A stretch of DNA of 64,000 nucleotides from contig OZ242274.1 in assembly GCA_965207375.1 (NCBI GenBank), forward strand, positions 32,001-96,000. The letters are read 5' to 3'. The notes beneath the pieces were generated by a model. The model was given only the letters and a program-made list of their open reading frames with translations, searched no databases and was not told where the DNA came from. Source of the stretch: Nitrosopumilaceae archaeon. GTDB lineage: Archaea; Thermoproteota; Nitrososphaeria; Nitrososphaerales; Nitrosopumilaceae. A program made the position numbers and the translations under genes. Shown in pieces: positions 1 through 9,655 of the stretch (positions are counted from its first letter, which is position 1; each line of letters begins with the position of its first letter).

Positions 1-134
1 ATACGCAAGCCTTCAAATGCCTGAGGAGAGGTCACCTCATGTATCAGATGCCTGTCAATGTACACTAGTGAGGGACCATCTGTTTTTTGAACTATTAGAT
101 GATTGTTCCAGATTTTTTCAAACAAAGAAGGCAT
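1..134 (-). CDS. leuC: 3-isopropylmalate dehydratase large subunit, N-terminal part (runs off window start)
   Basis: Not in the ORF track. Manual translation from ATG at 134 gives [44 protein letters not shown], the typical bacterial-type LeuC N-terminus ([16 protein letters not shown]). Confidence 0.93.
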   Translation of the reverse strand, partial: MPSLFEKIWNNHLIVQKTDGPSLVYIDRHLIHEVTSPQAFEGLR

Positions 135-136
135 AT

Positions 137-622
137 CTATTCGGGTTTGAATTTAAAGAGTCCGCCTGCGGCAATGATTCTGCTTATAATGTCAGAAAAT
201 GGCTTCATGGAATAGGTTTCATTTTTGGTGATGTTTGTGATTTTATTTTCTTTGATGTCAATTTCTATCTGGTCGCCTTCGGATATTTTCCTATACGTGG
301 CATCATCGATTTCAATAGGCAAAAGAAATGCACCGTCAACTGAATTTCTGTAAAAAATCCGGGCAAAGGAGACTGCAAGTACTGCCTTTATTCCGCAATG
401 AGACAGTGCTATGGGGGCATGCTCTCTACTAGAGCCGCATCCAAAGTTTTTACCTGCCAAAATAAAATCTCCAGGATTTACCTTGGAGTGAAAGTCAGGA
501 TCCAGACCCTCCATTGCATGCGTTGCTAGTTCGTCATAGTCATGGATTTTCAGGTATTGACCAGGTATGATGACGTCAGTATCTATATTGTCACGCTCGT
601 ATTTGATGATGTTTCCCTTCAA
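137..622 (-). CDS. Aconitase-family small subunit (LeuD/HacB type), probably homoaconitase small subunit
   Basis: [10 protein letters not shown] and [13 protein letters not shown] motifs; overlaps the large subunit gene by ATGA. A separate bacterial-type leuC follows, which favours a homoaconitase role (inference). Confidence 0.85.
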   Translation of the reverse strand: MKGNIIKYERDNIDTDVIIPGQYLKIHDYDELATHAMEGLDPDFHSKVNPGDFILAGKNFGCGSSREHAPIALSHCGIKAVLAVSFARIFYRNSVDGAFLLPIEIDDATYRKISEGDQIEIDIKENKITNITKNETYSMKPFSDIISRIIAAGGLFKFKPE

Positions 623-1890
623 TTCAAATCCCTCGGATCGGTAATTTTGCCTGTAACTGCAGATGCTGCAGTCACAAGAGGGGATGCAAGATATGTCTGA
701 GACTCAACATGGCCCATTCTGCCAGGAAAGTTGCGATTGGTGGTGCTTATACATATTTCATCTTTGGCCAATACACCCATGTGTGCACCACAGCAAGCAC
801 CACAGGTTGGAGGCCCCACAGTGACACCGGCGTCAAGAAATATTTTGATGAATCCTTTTTCTAGAGCCTTTTTGTATATTGATATGGCAGCAGGCAAAAC
901 TTCGGTTCTTATTTTTACGGTACGCCCTTTGAGAATTTTTGCAGCAGCCTCGATGTCCTCTAATTTTGCACCGGTACAAGAGCCAATGTATGCCTTGTCT
1001 AATTCAACAGATGGTGCTTCACGAACAACTGTTACGTTTTCAGGTGAAAACGGTTTTGCAACAATTGGCTCCATGCTTGCACCGTCGTATTCAAAAACTT
1101 TAGCATATTCTGCATCATCATCACCTGTGACAGGGGTGAAATTGCCTGCGCCTCTTGCTGCAAGATAGTCGTAAATCTTTTGATCAGGCTCGATAATTCC
1201 ATTTTTTGCACCTGCCTCAGTTGTCATGTTGCATAAAGTCAATCTCCCTTCCACAGACATTTCATCTATTCCCGAACCCCCAAACTGCATAGTTTGGTAT
1301 GCACCGCCATCGGTGCCAATGTCGCCAATAATTTTCAAAATAAAGTCCTTTGCCATTACATGATCGGGAAGTTTTCCATCAAGTTTGAAATATATCGTTT
1401 CAGGTACCTTAAACCAAATTTGTCCGTAAAGTAGAACGTATGCAATGTCTGTATGTCCCAATCCACATGCAAATGCGCCAAGAGCACCAGTAGTATTAGT
1501 ATGAGAATCGCCTCCAACGTATACCTCTCCAGGCAAGACCATTGCTTCCTCGTGAGACAAGGTATGACATATTCCGTATTGGCCCATGCCGTATTTGAAA
1601 TGCTTTTTAATTCCGTAATTTTTGGTAAAATTTGATAGCTTTACAATATTTTCAGCAGATATTTTTTCTGCAGAAGGTACAAAGTGATCTTCTGCTACCC
1701 AAACTTTGGCAGGATCCCATAATTTATCAGTAGGAATTCCCTGTTTGTTTAGTTTATCAAATACCTTCAGCACTCCAGGTCCAGAAACATCATGAACCAT
1801 GACTTTGTCCACATTGGCAAATATCACATCATCAGGTGCTAGTTTGGCCTTTCCTGATGCACGTGCCAGTATTTTCTCTACTATATTCAC
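619..1890 (-). CDS. Aconitase-family large subunit (LeuC2/HacA type), probably homoaconitase large subunit
   Basis: GDSHTNT, IGSCTG, PPTCGACCG and STTNRNFPGRMG motifs in a 423-aa archaeal-type protein. Confidence 0.88.
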   Translation of the reverse strand: MNIVEKILARASGKAKLAPDDVIFANVDKVMVHDVSGPGVLKVFDKLNKQGIPTDKLWDPAKVWVAEDHFVPSAEKISAENIVKLSNFTKNYGIKKHFKYGMGQYGICHTLSHEEAMVLPGEVYVGGDSHTNTTGALGAFACGLGHTDIAYVLLYGQIWFKVPETIYFKLDGKLPDHVMAKDFILKIIGDIGTDGGAYQTMQFGGSGIDEMSVEGRLTLCNMTTEAGAKNGIIEPDQKIYDYLAARGAGNFTPVTGDDDAEYAKVFEYDGASMEPIVAKPFSPENVTVVREAPSVELDKAYIGSCTGAKLEDIEAAAKILKGRTVKIRTEVLPAAISIYKKALEKGFIKIFLDAGVTVGPPTCGACCGAHMGVLAKDEICISTTNRNFPGRMGHVESQTYLASPLVTAASAVTGKITDPRDLN

Positions 1891-1982
1891 GATCCAAAAA
1901 GCCCAGCCTATGAATTAAAATCTTTTCAGAAGTGGAATACTGTCAAAGTTTATCTCTTATAATTTACAAACAGGCCTGTTAG

Positions 1983-2210
1983 AAGGAGAGGTCGATCAAC
2001 AATGCACACTTTAGCAATAGGAGGCGTGTACCAGTAGAATACGTCTTTGCACATGTGAAAAATTGGAAGCGTATAGCGGGACGATATGATGGCACTGCAG
2101 AAGAGTTCAATGTTGAATTCAACGGTATCTGTGGCATGTACAACAAGCGCAAGATGTGGGCAGACGGCACATATCATTACTGGAAAGACAAGATACTGAA
2201 CAGTAAATAA
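1983..2210 (+). pseudogene. C-terminal remnant of an IS5-family (ISL2-like, DDE_Tnp_4) transposase
   Basis: Start-less frame translates KERSINNAHFSNRRRVPVEYVFAHVKNWKRIAGRYDGTAEEFNVEFNGICGMYNKRKMWADG..., matching the N-(x)n-R-x-x-VE-x-x-F-x-x-x-K-x-W-(x)n-RY pattern around the catalytic Glu. An in-frame TAG lies directly upstream. Confidence 0.7.
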
Positions 2211-2601
2211 CAATACTATATTCAAATCGATACATGTAATTTACAAATGCACATGTCTGCGCATAATTTTTTGCTGTGTATGCATATTTTACTTGAGACT
2301 ATGACAAATCTCACACAGATATTTGATTGGAAAAATTATTTCAGTTGATTACGCATAAACTCTATTGATGTTTTACCAACAATTAACGCTGAAGAATCCC
2401 TTTTTCATTATGTACATTATTACATTTTTTTATATAAAAATATCATTCTTGTTCATATTGTGCTGTCTGATTATGAATTGTCTGGATTCCTCTGCCAGTC
2501 TTTTTACCATGGGTTTTCTTGATCTATGCAACTTGAAATAATCAGCGAACGTCTTCTTGATCCTAGGCGGACCTAGTTTTTGAACAATAGAACATATCTA
2601 G

Positions 2602-2700
2602 GATTGCACATACTCAGGTCGCCTCTGATTCTATGCCTAGTTTTTGAACATGTATGAAAATTTTATGCCTGAAAAATTTACGACCTGAGTTTGTACAATC
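2602..2700. mobile_element. MITE-like element (99 bp, 20-bp imperfect terminal inverted repeats)
   Basis: gattgcacatactcaggtcg (2602-2621) is the reverse complement of cgacctgagtttgtacaatc (2681-2700) at 18/20. A related end occurs at about 12533-12552. Confidence 0.65.
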
Positions 2701-2727
2701 TGTCTTTGTGATGAGTCCAAATCACCA

Positions 2728-3054
2728 TCAACCGTATTTTCGAGAGAATCCAAAAATATGCTTGTTATCATCCAACCAAGCTACGATCCTGTGAATAAAT
2801 ATTGCAAACAACGCCCAAACTACTACTGTTCCAATAAAGCCTACAATTACGCCCAAATATTCTTCAAAGGTGGTTTCAGAATACGCGCTGTCGCCAACTA
2901 GAGCATAAACCACATGAACAAAAATGAAAAATGTTTCAGCTCCCCCGTGTAGCATGACAGGAAATTCCGACATAAAAAACAGTATAGATGAGAGTGCAGA
3001 TACTATTCCATAGGATACAAACCCGATTACGAACAACAGCTTTAATCTATCCAC
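2728..3054 (-). CDS. Hypothetical membrane protein (about 3 TM helices)
   Basis: 108-aa ORF with hydrophobic segments, lying between MITE-like elements; no family recognised. Confidence 0.6.
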   Translation of the reverse strand: MDRLKLLFVIGFVSYGIVSALSSILFFMSEFPVMLHGGAETFFIFVHVVYALVGDSAYSETTFEEYLGVIVGFIGTVVVWALFAIFIHRIVAWLDDNKHIFGFSRKYG

Positions 3055-3135
3055 TCATTTTCATCTAGATTAAGACCCATTTATGATTCCATTCTTTTTT
3101 TCAAATTACTATGCATATGGTCAGAATCATACAGC

Positions 3136-3235
3136 CAGCTAAGCGAAATGTGTGCAAAATAGACCAAAATCTACCCCAAAATGCAAAGAGAATAACAGGG
3201 CAGATTAAGAATTTGGGCTACATTTCGCTTAGCTG
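3136..3235. mobile_element. MITE family A, copy 1 (100 bp, perfect 16-bp TIR)
   Basis: cagctaagcgaaatgt ... acatttcgcttagctg; homologous copies at 12875-12976 and 46936-47036. Confidence 0.88.
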
Positions 3236-3409
3236 TACAAATAACTCAAATTAAATATGACAATCATAATCTTATGATTACCAGGCATTGAAACGTATTC
3301 TAGTCATCACACACCATAGATGTTAAAGAATTTGTCAACTTGCACAAGACGTACTCAAATCCATAGTGCTCTACATATCCATTTAGAGAAACCTTACGAA
3401 TAAAAGAGA

Positions 3410-4192
3410 TTGTTCCTTAACAAATATGTGGTATTTAAGATACATCCAATTACAGTTGATAAAAAAACTGGCAGATTTAATCTGTTTGAGGATTTGGTTG
3501 TATCCATGAAAAAAAATGAAATAGAAATAGAAAATGAGGATATCGTAGTTGTTTCAAGCAAATACATTTCAAGCTCGCAAGGAAGAATCATTGATCTAAA
3601 AGACGTACAGGTATACCCCCAAGGAAAAGAGATTTCAAAAAAATACAGCATGCCAGAAACACTAGCAGAAACAATATCAAGAGAGTCAGATCAGATATTT
3701 GGAGGAATCTCAGGTTTTGTCATGTCTACAGTTGACAATATTTTAGCACCTAATGCAGGTATCGACAAATCAAACTCAAAAAAAGATACCGCAATTTTGT
3801 ATCCAAATGAACCATACAAGACAGCAGAAGAATTGAGGCGGAAAATTTTCTTAAAATTTACAACAAATGTGGGCGTGATAATTATAGACAGTAGATTAAT
3901 GCCATCTAGAGTAGGGACAGTAGGAGTAGCAATATCATGTGCAGGAATTGAACCAATCAACGACATGAGGGCACAAAAAGATCTAGATGGGAATCCGCTA
4001 AAGGTCACAATGCAGGCAATAGCAGATAGCTTGGCGACAATGGCAAATCACATCATGGGCGAAGGTGCAGAATTAAAACCGTACGTAATAATTAAAAAAT
4101 CAGATGCAAAACTGACTGGAAGAAAAATATTTTCTGATGAGATTGCAATTGCACATGAACAATGCGTGTATGTACGAAGTTTAAAAAACTAG
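3410..4192 (+). CDS. cofE: Coenzyme F420-0:L-glutamate ligase
   Basis: DIVVVSSKYIS, PNAGIDKSN, IIIDSR and G-EGAE motifs of the F420 ligase family; the true start may be slightly downstream. Confidence 0.85.
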   Translation: MFLNKYVVFKIHPITVDKKTGRFNLFEDLVVSMKKNEIEIENEDIVVVSSKYISSSQGRIIDLKDVQVYPQGKEISKKYSMPETLAETISRESDQIFGGISGFVMSTVDNILAPNAGIDKSNSKKDTAILYPNEPYKTAEELRRKIFLKFTTNVGVIIIDSRLMPSRVGTVGVAISCAGIEPINDMRAQKDLDGNPLKVTMQAIADSLATMANHIMGEGAELKPYVIIKKSDAKLTGRKIFSDEIAIAHEQCVYVRSLKN

Positions 4193-4563
4193 GCAGAGTT
4201 TGTAGCCAAGCAAAATACAGCGACAATGTAAAGATTCTAGGGTTCACTGTTTCTGTATATTCTATACACGATCTGCATAAACGAAATCACGCAGGACCTA
4301 GGGCATCTTATGTCAATATCTAGGTACGGTACATCTTGTAGGTGTAAATCAATATAAAACAAACATCAAGATAAAAAATCTGAAAGGATTATTTATTCCA
4401 CATCTTGCCTGCAATTAATGCTAGAGAATAGATGCGTACGAGTCTGAAATTTTGACAGTGATTCTACAAATTAGCAAGTTGTATCCCCTTGCAATGTATC
4501 CATATCAGATTTAGAAAAAAATCGATTTCAATTTTAAATAAGGCATATGGAAATAAAATTTCA

Positions 4564-5115
4564 TTGGAGTACAATACAAAATATCCCAAAACCGTAGTAC
4601 TAGAAGATGGAACCGAGCAAAAATTAACAGTAGATCCTCGTCAGGGCATAGAACAGTTGCATATAGTTGTAAAAGAAAAATTTGAAAAAATATACGGAAT
4701 TTTTCAAAACAGGGGATTTACCAAAGTAAAATTCGAACACAAACAGCCATCACAGTTAGGAAACGGACTGTCACTCAAACTAAACAAACCATGGGAAATA
4801 CATCTCAGACTCTCAAGGATGGATGAAAAAAACATATTGATTCATGCAGAAGTAGAGGTATCTAGAGACTATATGCAGCATCTATTTTCTCAAAGAACAC
4901 CGGTAATTTACGAAGTCATTGAAATTTTAAAACAAAACAAGATAGAATCAAAAATATGGAATGTCAGAATAAAAAAATACGTCAAAAATACTATTGAAAA
5001 TTACAAGGTAAAATTGCAAAATCCTGCTTTGCCTACATTTGCATGGAAACCCATGGTATATTCAATTGGCGTTGTAGGTCTGTTCTATCTTGTAAAATAT
5101 TTGTTGACAATTTAG
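4564..5115 (+). CDS. Hypothetical protein with C-terminal TM helix
   Basis: ORF track 4489..5115; likely TTG start at 4564 (LEYNTKYPK); hydrophobic C-terminus. Confidence 0.7.
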   Translation: MEYNTKYPKTVVLEDGTEQKLTVDPRQGIEQLHIVVKEKFEKIYGIFQNRGFTKVKFEHKQPSQLGNGLSLKLNKPWEIHLRLSRMDEKNILIHAEVEVSRDYMQHLFSQRTPVIYEVIEILKQNKIESKIWNVRIKKYVKNTIENYKVKLQNPALPTFAWKPMVYSIGVVGLFYLVKYLLTI

Positions 5116-5119
5116 AACT

Positions 5120-5440
5120 TTAAACGCCCAAGCCTTCGGCCTTGCTTAGATCAACGTATACCTTGTCACCTACAGAGAGGTCCATGTCCTTGTATTCGTG
5201 CATGTCAAGCTGAATGGAAGTAACACCGCTTGCCATGCCTCCCATATTAGACATCATTTTGTTAAGATCCTTCATCATGTCATTCATGTTAGAAATACCC
5301 ATGACCTTTGGTCCTCCAAATGGATTCATAGATGGGCCTTTTCCTTCACGCATATCCTTTGCAGACATTAGTGAAACTATCACATACGGCTGTCCATCAG
5401 GCGCAGAATCTATGCTTTTTACAATATACTCTTTTCTCAT
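5120..5440 (-). CDS. Hypothetical protein (possible arcadin-1 / swapped-hairpin-like fold)
   Basis: 106-aa ORF with N-terminal beta-hairpin (PDGQPYVIVSL), Met/Gly-rich linker and C-terminal EY-(x)n-LSVGDKVYVDL. Confidence 0.7.
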   Translation of the reverse strand: MRKEYIVKSIDSAPDGQPYVIVSLMSAKDMREGKGPSMNPFGGPKVMGISNMNDMMKDLNKMMSNMGGMASGVTSIQLDMHEYKDMDLSVGDKVYVDLSKAEGLGV

Positions 5441-5544
5441 GATAAAATATGTGATATATCGTATAATTTTAATTTTAGGTATTATTGTGCACCAGATGGT
5501 TCAATTTTAGAACCTTTAATTAGAAATTTCGACGCAGTCATATA

Positions 5545-6081
5545 GTGAATCAGGCACTAGTTGTAGAATTTACATATTATGGAATTTCTCCCTGGGAATC
5601 AGAGGTGGCATACGGTTATTTTAATTCAAAATTTTCTGTAAAACAAAAAGAGATAGAGCCTGACGATGATGAATTTGTGAGTTTTTTACGTTTAATAATA
5701 CCTGTTGGGTTTAGTGAGGAATTTTTCAAGTGGTTTGAATTTAGAAGGTGGGAAAAGGTAAAAGCCCTGTTCAAAGAAATGAAAAGGCGCAGGGGTTCAG
5801 GCAATGCCCTAAAAATTGAAATAATTTTCAAGGCAATGCCCTCAATCAGATTCGTAGTTGATGTCCATGACAAGCAATGGTTTGGCAATGCAATAGAGAA
5901 GATGGATTTTGTATTAGAGTTGATACCGTACCATGCATCGCCTGAAAAACTTCCAGAGAATGTAGATCAAATTACATACAAATTTGATTCAGAATCTGTA
6001 AGATGGAAGTTACATTCAGCAGATTCTCTGGGAATCACATACATGCACAAAAACGGCAAATGGAAAAACCCCGCTAGTTGA
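5545..6081 (+). CDS. Hypothetical protein
   Basis: 178-aa ORF with globular-protein composition, tightly packed between neighbours. Confidence 0.7.
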   Translation: MNQALVVEFTYYGISPWESEVAYGYFNSKFSVKQKEIEPDDDEFVSFLRLIIPVGFSEEFFKWFEFRRWEKVKALFKEMKRRRGSGNALKIEIIFKAMPSIRFVVDVHDKQWFGNAIEKMDFVLELIPYHASPEKLPENVDQITYKFDSESVRWKLHSADSLGITYMHKNGKWKNPAS

Positions 6082-6508
6082 GATCCTTTTCTAACGGCTC
6101 AATCAAGGAATAAAGTTCCTTGTATTTTGATTCAAGAAACACCAACGCCTCTGAGAGTTTTTTGGATTTTCCATACTTGTATCGGATAAGCTCCCTGTGA
6201 TGCCAGAAGGTCTTGCCGTCTTTTACCGAAATGGTGGTAAAATAATCAGAACCCTTCAAAGAGTCCGGCATTGTAACATCATATGGAAAAAGAAACTCGG
6301 CAATAAACCACTCATCGCCGTCAGGATAATCAGAGCCCGTATCAATGTCGAAAAAAATATGCAACATGCTGCTTTGCATCAAACCGTCATCATTGATATC
6401 AGGATGTTTAATGCCTGATTTTTGAAAGTCTAAATTAAGCAGCTGTGGTTCAAAAAAACCTTTGATGATGGACTTGCGAAATATTTGGTTGGCCTCATTG
6501 ATGTTCAA
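6074..6508 (-). CDS. Hypothetical protein
   Basis: 144-aa ORF just downstream of the oxidoreductase beta gene on the same strand. Confidence 0.7.
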   Translation of the reverse strand: MNINEANQIFRKSIIKGFFEPQLLNLDFQKSGIKHPDINDDGLMQSSMLHIFFDIDTGSDYPDGDEWFIAEFLFPYDVTMPDSLKGSDYFTTISVKDGKTFWHHRELIRYKYGKSKKLSEALVFLESKYKELYSLIEPLEKDLN

Positions 6509-6557
6509 GGATTAATGAGATTTCTCAAGCTTGCCTATAACTTCTTTGGGTGGCACA

Positions 6558-7520
6558 TCATACCTTCATAGAATCCAAGATTGAATCAATGTTGGTAATC
6601 GGCGTACCGTCTTTGGAGATTACCTGCTTTGCAGGAGGATTTTCCAAATAGTTTGGAATTTGGTCTGCAATACGGCGCGCATATGGGGTGATAAAGCCGT
6701 TTTTGTAAAATACCCCGATTGGAATTTTGTTTCCCCATTCTAGGGATTTTATCAGTGCCTGAGCCAGTTTTTCATCAAGCTCGGCAGCATCGTTTTCGTG
6801 TACTGTACCATCATAACCGGTGTCTTCTAATTTGTAAATTCTAGAATGGCGCTCTTGTGCCTCTTGTACCAAATCTACGCCTGCAAACCAATCACGGGTA
6901 TTGATATCATTATACGTAGGACATGGTTGTAGCACGTCTAAAAATGACAGTCCCTTGTGCTGGATTGCCTGAATAATTAGATCCTTGAGATGTCGTATAT
7001 CATATGAATAACCTCTTGCAACAAACGTAAAGCCGCTAGTAACTGCAAGCCCGATGGGATTTACGTTGTAATTGGTATTAGGTGATGGTAGAGATTTTGT
7101 TTTTTCTCCCAATTTGAGGGTGGGAGAGGCCTGTCCCTTTGTCAATCCATAAACCCCGTTATCAAATATGATATAGGTCATATCCACATTTCGTCGCCCT
7201 GCTGCAACAAAGTGTCCTGCACCAATGCCTAGTCCATCACCGTCTCCGCCTACGGCAACTATCGTCATTGCAGGATTGGCAATTTTTGCACCCTGGGCAA
7301 AGGTGAGAACCCTACCATGTAGCGTGTGAATTCCATACACATTGACATAGTGAGATGTTTTTCCCGAGCAACCAATACCGGAAAATAATGCTGCACAGTC
7401 TCGTTTTATTTCCATTTCAGCCAAAGCCATCTGGATTGCATTGACAATTCCAAAATCTCCACATCCTGGACACCAGTCATTGTGTACATCTGTTTTATAG
7501 TCAGCCAGCTTAAGCGCCAT
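6558..7520 (-). CDS. 2-oxoacid:ferredoxin oxidoreductase subunit beta
   Basis: WCPGCGDFG, SGIGCS, GGDGDG TPP-binding motif, DNGVYGLTKGQASPT. Confidence 0.95.
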   Translation of the reverse strand: MALKLADYKTDVHNDWCPGCGDFGIVNAIQMALAEMEIKRDCAALFSGIGCSGKTSHYVNVYGIHTLHGRVLTFAQGAKIANPAMTIVAVGGDGDGLGIGAGHFVAAGRRNVDMTYIIFDNGVYGLTKGQASPTLKLGEKTKSLPSPNTNYNVNPIGLAVTSGFTFVARGYSYDIRHLKDLIIQAIQHKGLSFLDVLQPCPTYNDINTRDWFAGVDLVQEAQERHSRIYKLEDTGYDGTVHENDAAELDEKLAQALIKSLEWGNKIPIGVFYKNGFITPYARRIADQIPNYLENPPAKQVISKDGTPITNIDSILDSMKV

Positions 7521-9420
7521 GTGTCAATATCTCACGTTTTTTCGCACTGTTTTGTAAAATGTTGTTCAATGATTCGTAAATTTCGGTACTAGTCATTGCT
7601 CTTCCTGTATACTTTAGAACATAATAGTCTATATCCCTGCCGGTGTTTTGTTTGAAGATCTTTCCTAGCTGTCCAGAGTGGTTGGCCTCAATGTCAATGA
7701 TTGCCTTTGTATTCTCAAGCAAGGACAGCACATGTTTGGTAGGAAACGGATGAATTAATTTTATTTGGACAAATCCAATATTTTTGCCCTCAATTTGTAA
7801 CATTTTGAGCGCGTCTAGTATCGGCCCCTTTGTAGAGCCCCAAGACACTATTGTAAACTCACCCAAACCATGGCAGACAATTTGCTCCTCTTTTGGTATC
7901 GTATCAAGTATCAAATCCAGTCTGGACATTCGTTTGTCCATCATCTGTACACGCATGACCGGATCCTCTGTAATATGGCCAAATTCGTCGCTTTCATCGC
8001 CAGTATTCCAAAAAATTCCATTTTTCATGCCTAATCGTGAACGCGGAGATACACCATCATCAGTTAGTGCAAATCTTTTGTACGATACATCATCTAATTC
8101 ATCTAATAGTTTTCCGCGCTGGATGGTTATTTTGTCTGGATCAAAGCGTTTGCATGTGACAACGGAGCTTGCAAGAAATTTGTCCATCATGTGTATTACA
8201 GGCAACTGAAAAATATCAGAATAGTTAAAACATAGGCCCGTATCGTAAAAGCTCTCCTCAACATCACCTGATGCATAAACCAACTTTGGAAAATCCCCGT
8301 GTCCTGCATTTACTGCAAACAGTAAATCATCCTGTCCGTGTCTTGTAGGCAGCCCCGTAGATGGACCGCTTCTTTGATACAGTGTTATTACTATTGGAAC
8401 CTCGTTTATTGCCGCCCATCCCAAGGCTTCAGTCATGAGCGCAAATCCGGGGCCAGATGTAGATGTTGAAGAACGAGTGCCAGTCAATGCAGCACCTATC
8501 ATCATTCCCATGGCAGAAATTTCGTCCTCGGTCTGAATTACTACAGTACTTGCAGTATCCTGATTTTTGACATCAAGTATCTGGTGTGATTCCAAATATA
8601 CGCTCTCATCAGATGCAGGCGTGATTGGGTAATACGATTGGAACCTACATCCAGATACGATCTTGCCAATCGATGTTCCTTCATAACCCTGAACTAGAAT
8701 TGTTCCCTGCTCTTTTGCAACACCGGGCAGATTAATCTCAAGGCTTGGAAATTTAGCAGATGCATAATTGTAAGAATAGTTTGCAGCCTTTTTGTTTAGT
8801 TCTGCAATCTGTGGTTTTTGAGAAAATATAGAATCAATAGAATCTAAAAGTTGTTCAGAGGAAAGCTTGATCAGTCCGCAAGAAAGCGAGACTCCTATAA
8901 CATTGAACATTCTGACAAGGTTTTTTAGTTTTGGATTACCTGTTTCTTCAGCAAGACTAGCCAAGATAGATTTGAATGAGACAGGAAGCAATCTTACGCC
9001 GCGTTTTTGTGCAAGCTCTAGGGCAGACCGTATAGTAAACGGTTTACCCTCAGAGGAAAAAACAGAGTGTAGTCGCTGCTTGAATTGAGAGTCAAGTGTG
9101 AGTACTCTGTCAGTTATAATATCCTCTAGTGCAGAATCGTAAATTATTGAGCCCGTGCTTCTTACCTGATCATAATGGCGAAAGATAGTTTCTGCATCAA
9201 AGGAGGTCATCAGATCAACCTCGTTGACATTGGATGCGATTTTTTGATCCGAAACCCGGACTATAAAGTAGCTGTGCTCACCCTTGATATTAGAATAAAA
9301 CTCACGCTTGCCAAATATCTGATATCCTAGCTTTGCACATACCTTGGAGAAAATGTTAGCGCCAGATTCTACTCCACTGCCCTGAGGACCTCCGATTAAC
9401 CAAGAAAAATCAACGGTCAT
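7510..9420 (-). CDS. 2-oxoacid:ferredoxin oxidoreductase subunit alpha (gamma-alpha fusion)
   Basis: GGPQGSG, YYPITPAS, QTEDEISA, TSGPGF and QRSGPSTGLPT motifs; likely start ATG 9420. Confidence 0.95.
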   Translation of the reverse strand: MTVDFSWLIGGPQGSGVESGANIFSKVCAKLGYQIFGKREFYSNIKGEHSYFIVRVSDQKIASNVNEVDLMTSFDAETIFRHYDQVRSTGSIIYDSALEDIITDRVLTLDSQFKQRLHSVFSSEGKPFTIRSALELAQKRGVRLLPVSFKSILASLAEETGNPKLKNLVRMFNVIGVSLSCGLIKLSSEQLLDSIDSIFSQKPQIAELNKKAANYSYNYASAKFPSLEINLPGVAKEQGTILVQGYEGTSIGKIVSGCRFQSYYPITPASDESVYLESHQILDVKNQDTASTVVIQTEDEISAMGMMIGAALTGTRSSTSTSGPGFALMTEALGWAAINEVPIVITLYQRSGPSTGLPTRHGQDDLLFAVNAGHGDFPKLVYASGDVEESFYDTGLCFNYSDIFQLPVIHMMDKFLASSVVTCKRFDPDKITIQRGKLLDELDDVSYKRFALTDDGVSPRSRLGMKNGIFWNTGDESDEFGHITEDPVMRVQMMDKRMSRLDLILDTIPKEEQIVCHGLGEFTIVSWGSTKGPILDALKMLQIEGKNIGFVQIKLIHPFPTKHVLSLLENTKAIIDIEANHSGQLGKIFKQNTGRDIDYYVLKYTGRAMTSTEIYESLNNILQNSAKKREILTHGA

Positions 9421-9655
9421 GACAATCAACATGTCTTGTATAATTTAACAGTGTTTCCAATCAACCACCTGTTGCTGCATCAAATAATGCACACTCACAT
9501 TTGTCTAGTTCACCGCAATAAGGACATACACATACACATTTTTCGATAGAATTTCCACATTCCACACAAATTGCAAATTCTTCTGAATCGTCAGAAGCCA
9601 CTTCGTTGTTGCTAAGATGAAATGTTATAAATGGTTTGAGGTAAAAGGCAGTTTC

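Noticed and set aside
1950-2225. Minus-strand ORFs of 91 and 63 aa
   Set aside because: Antisense to the transposase remnant, which explains the sequence better.
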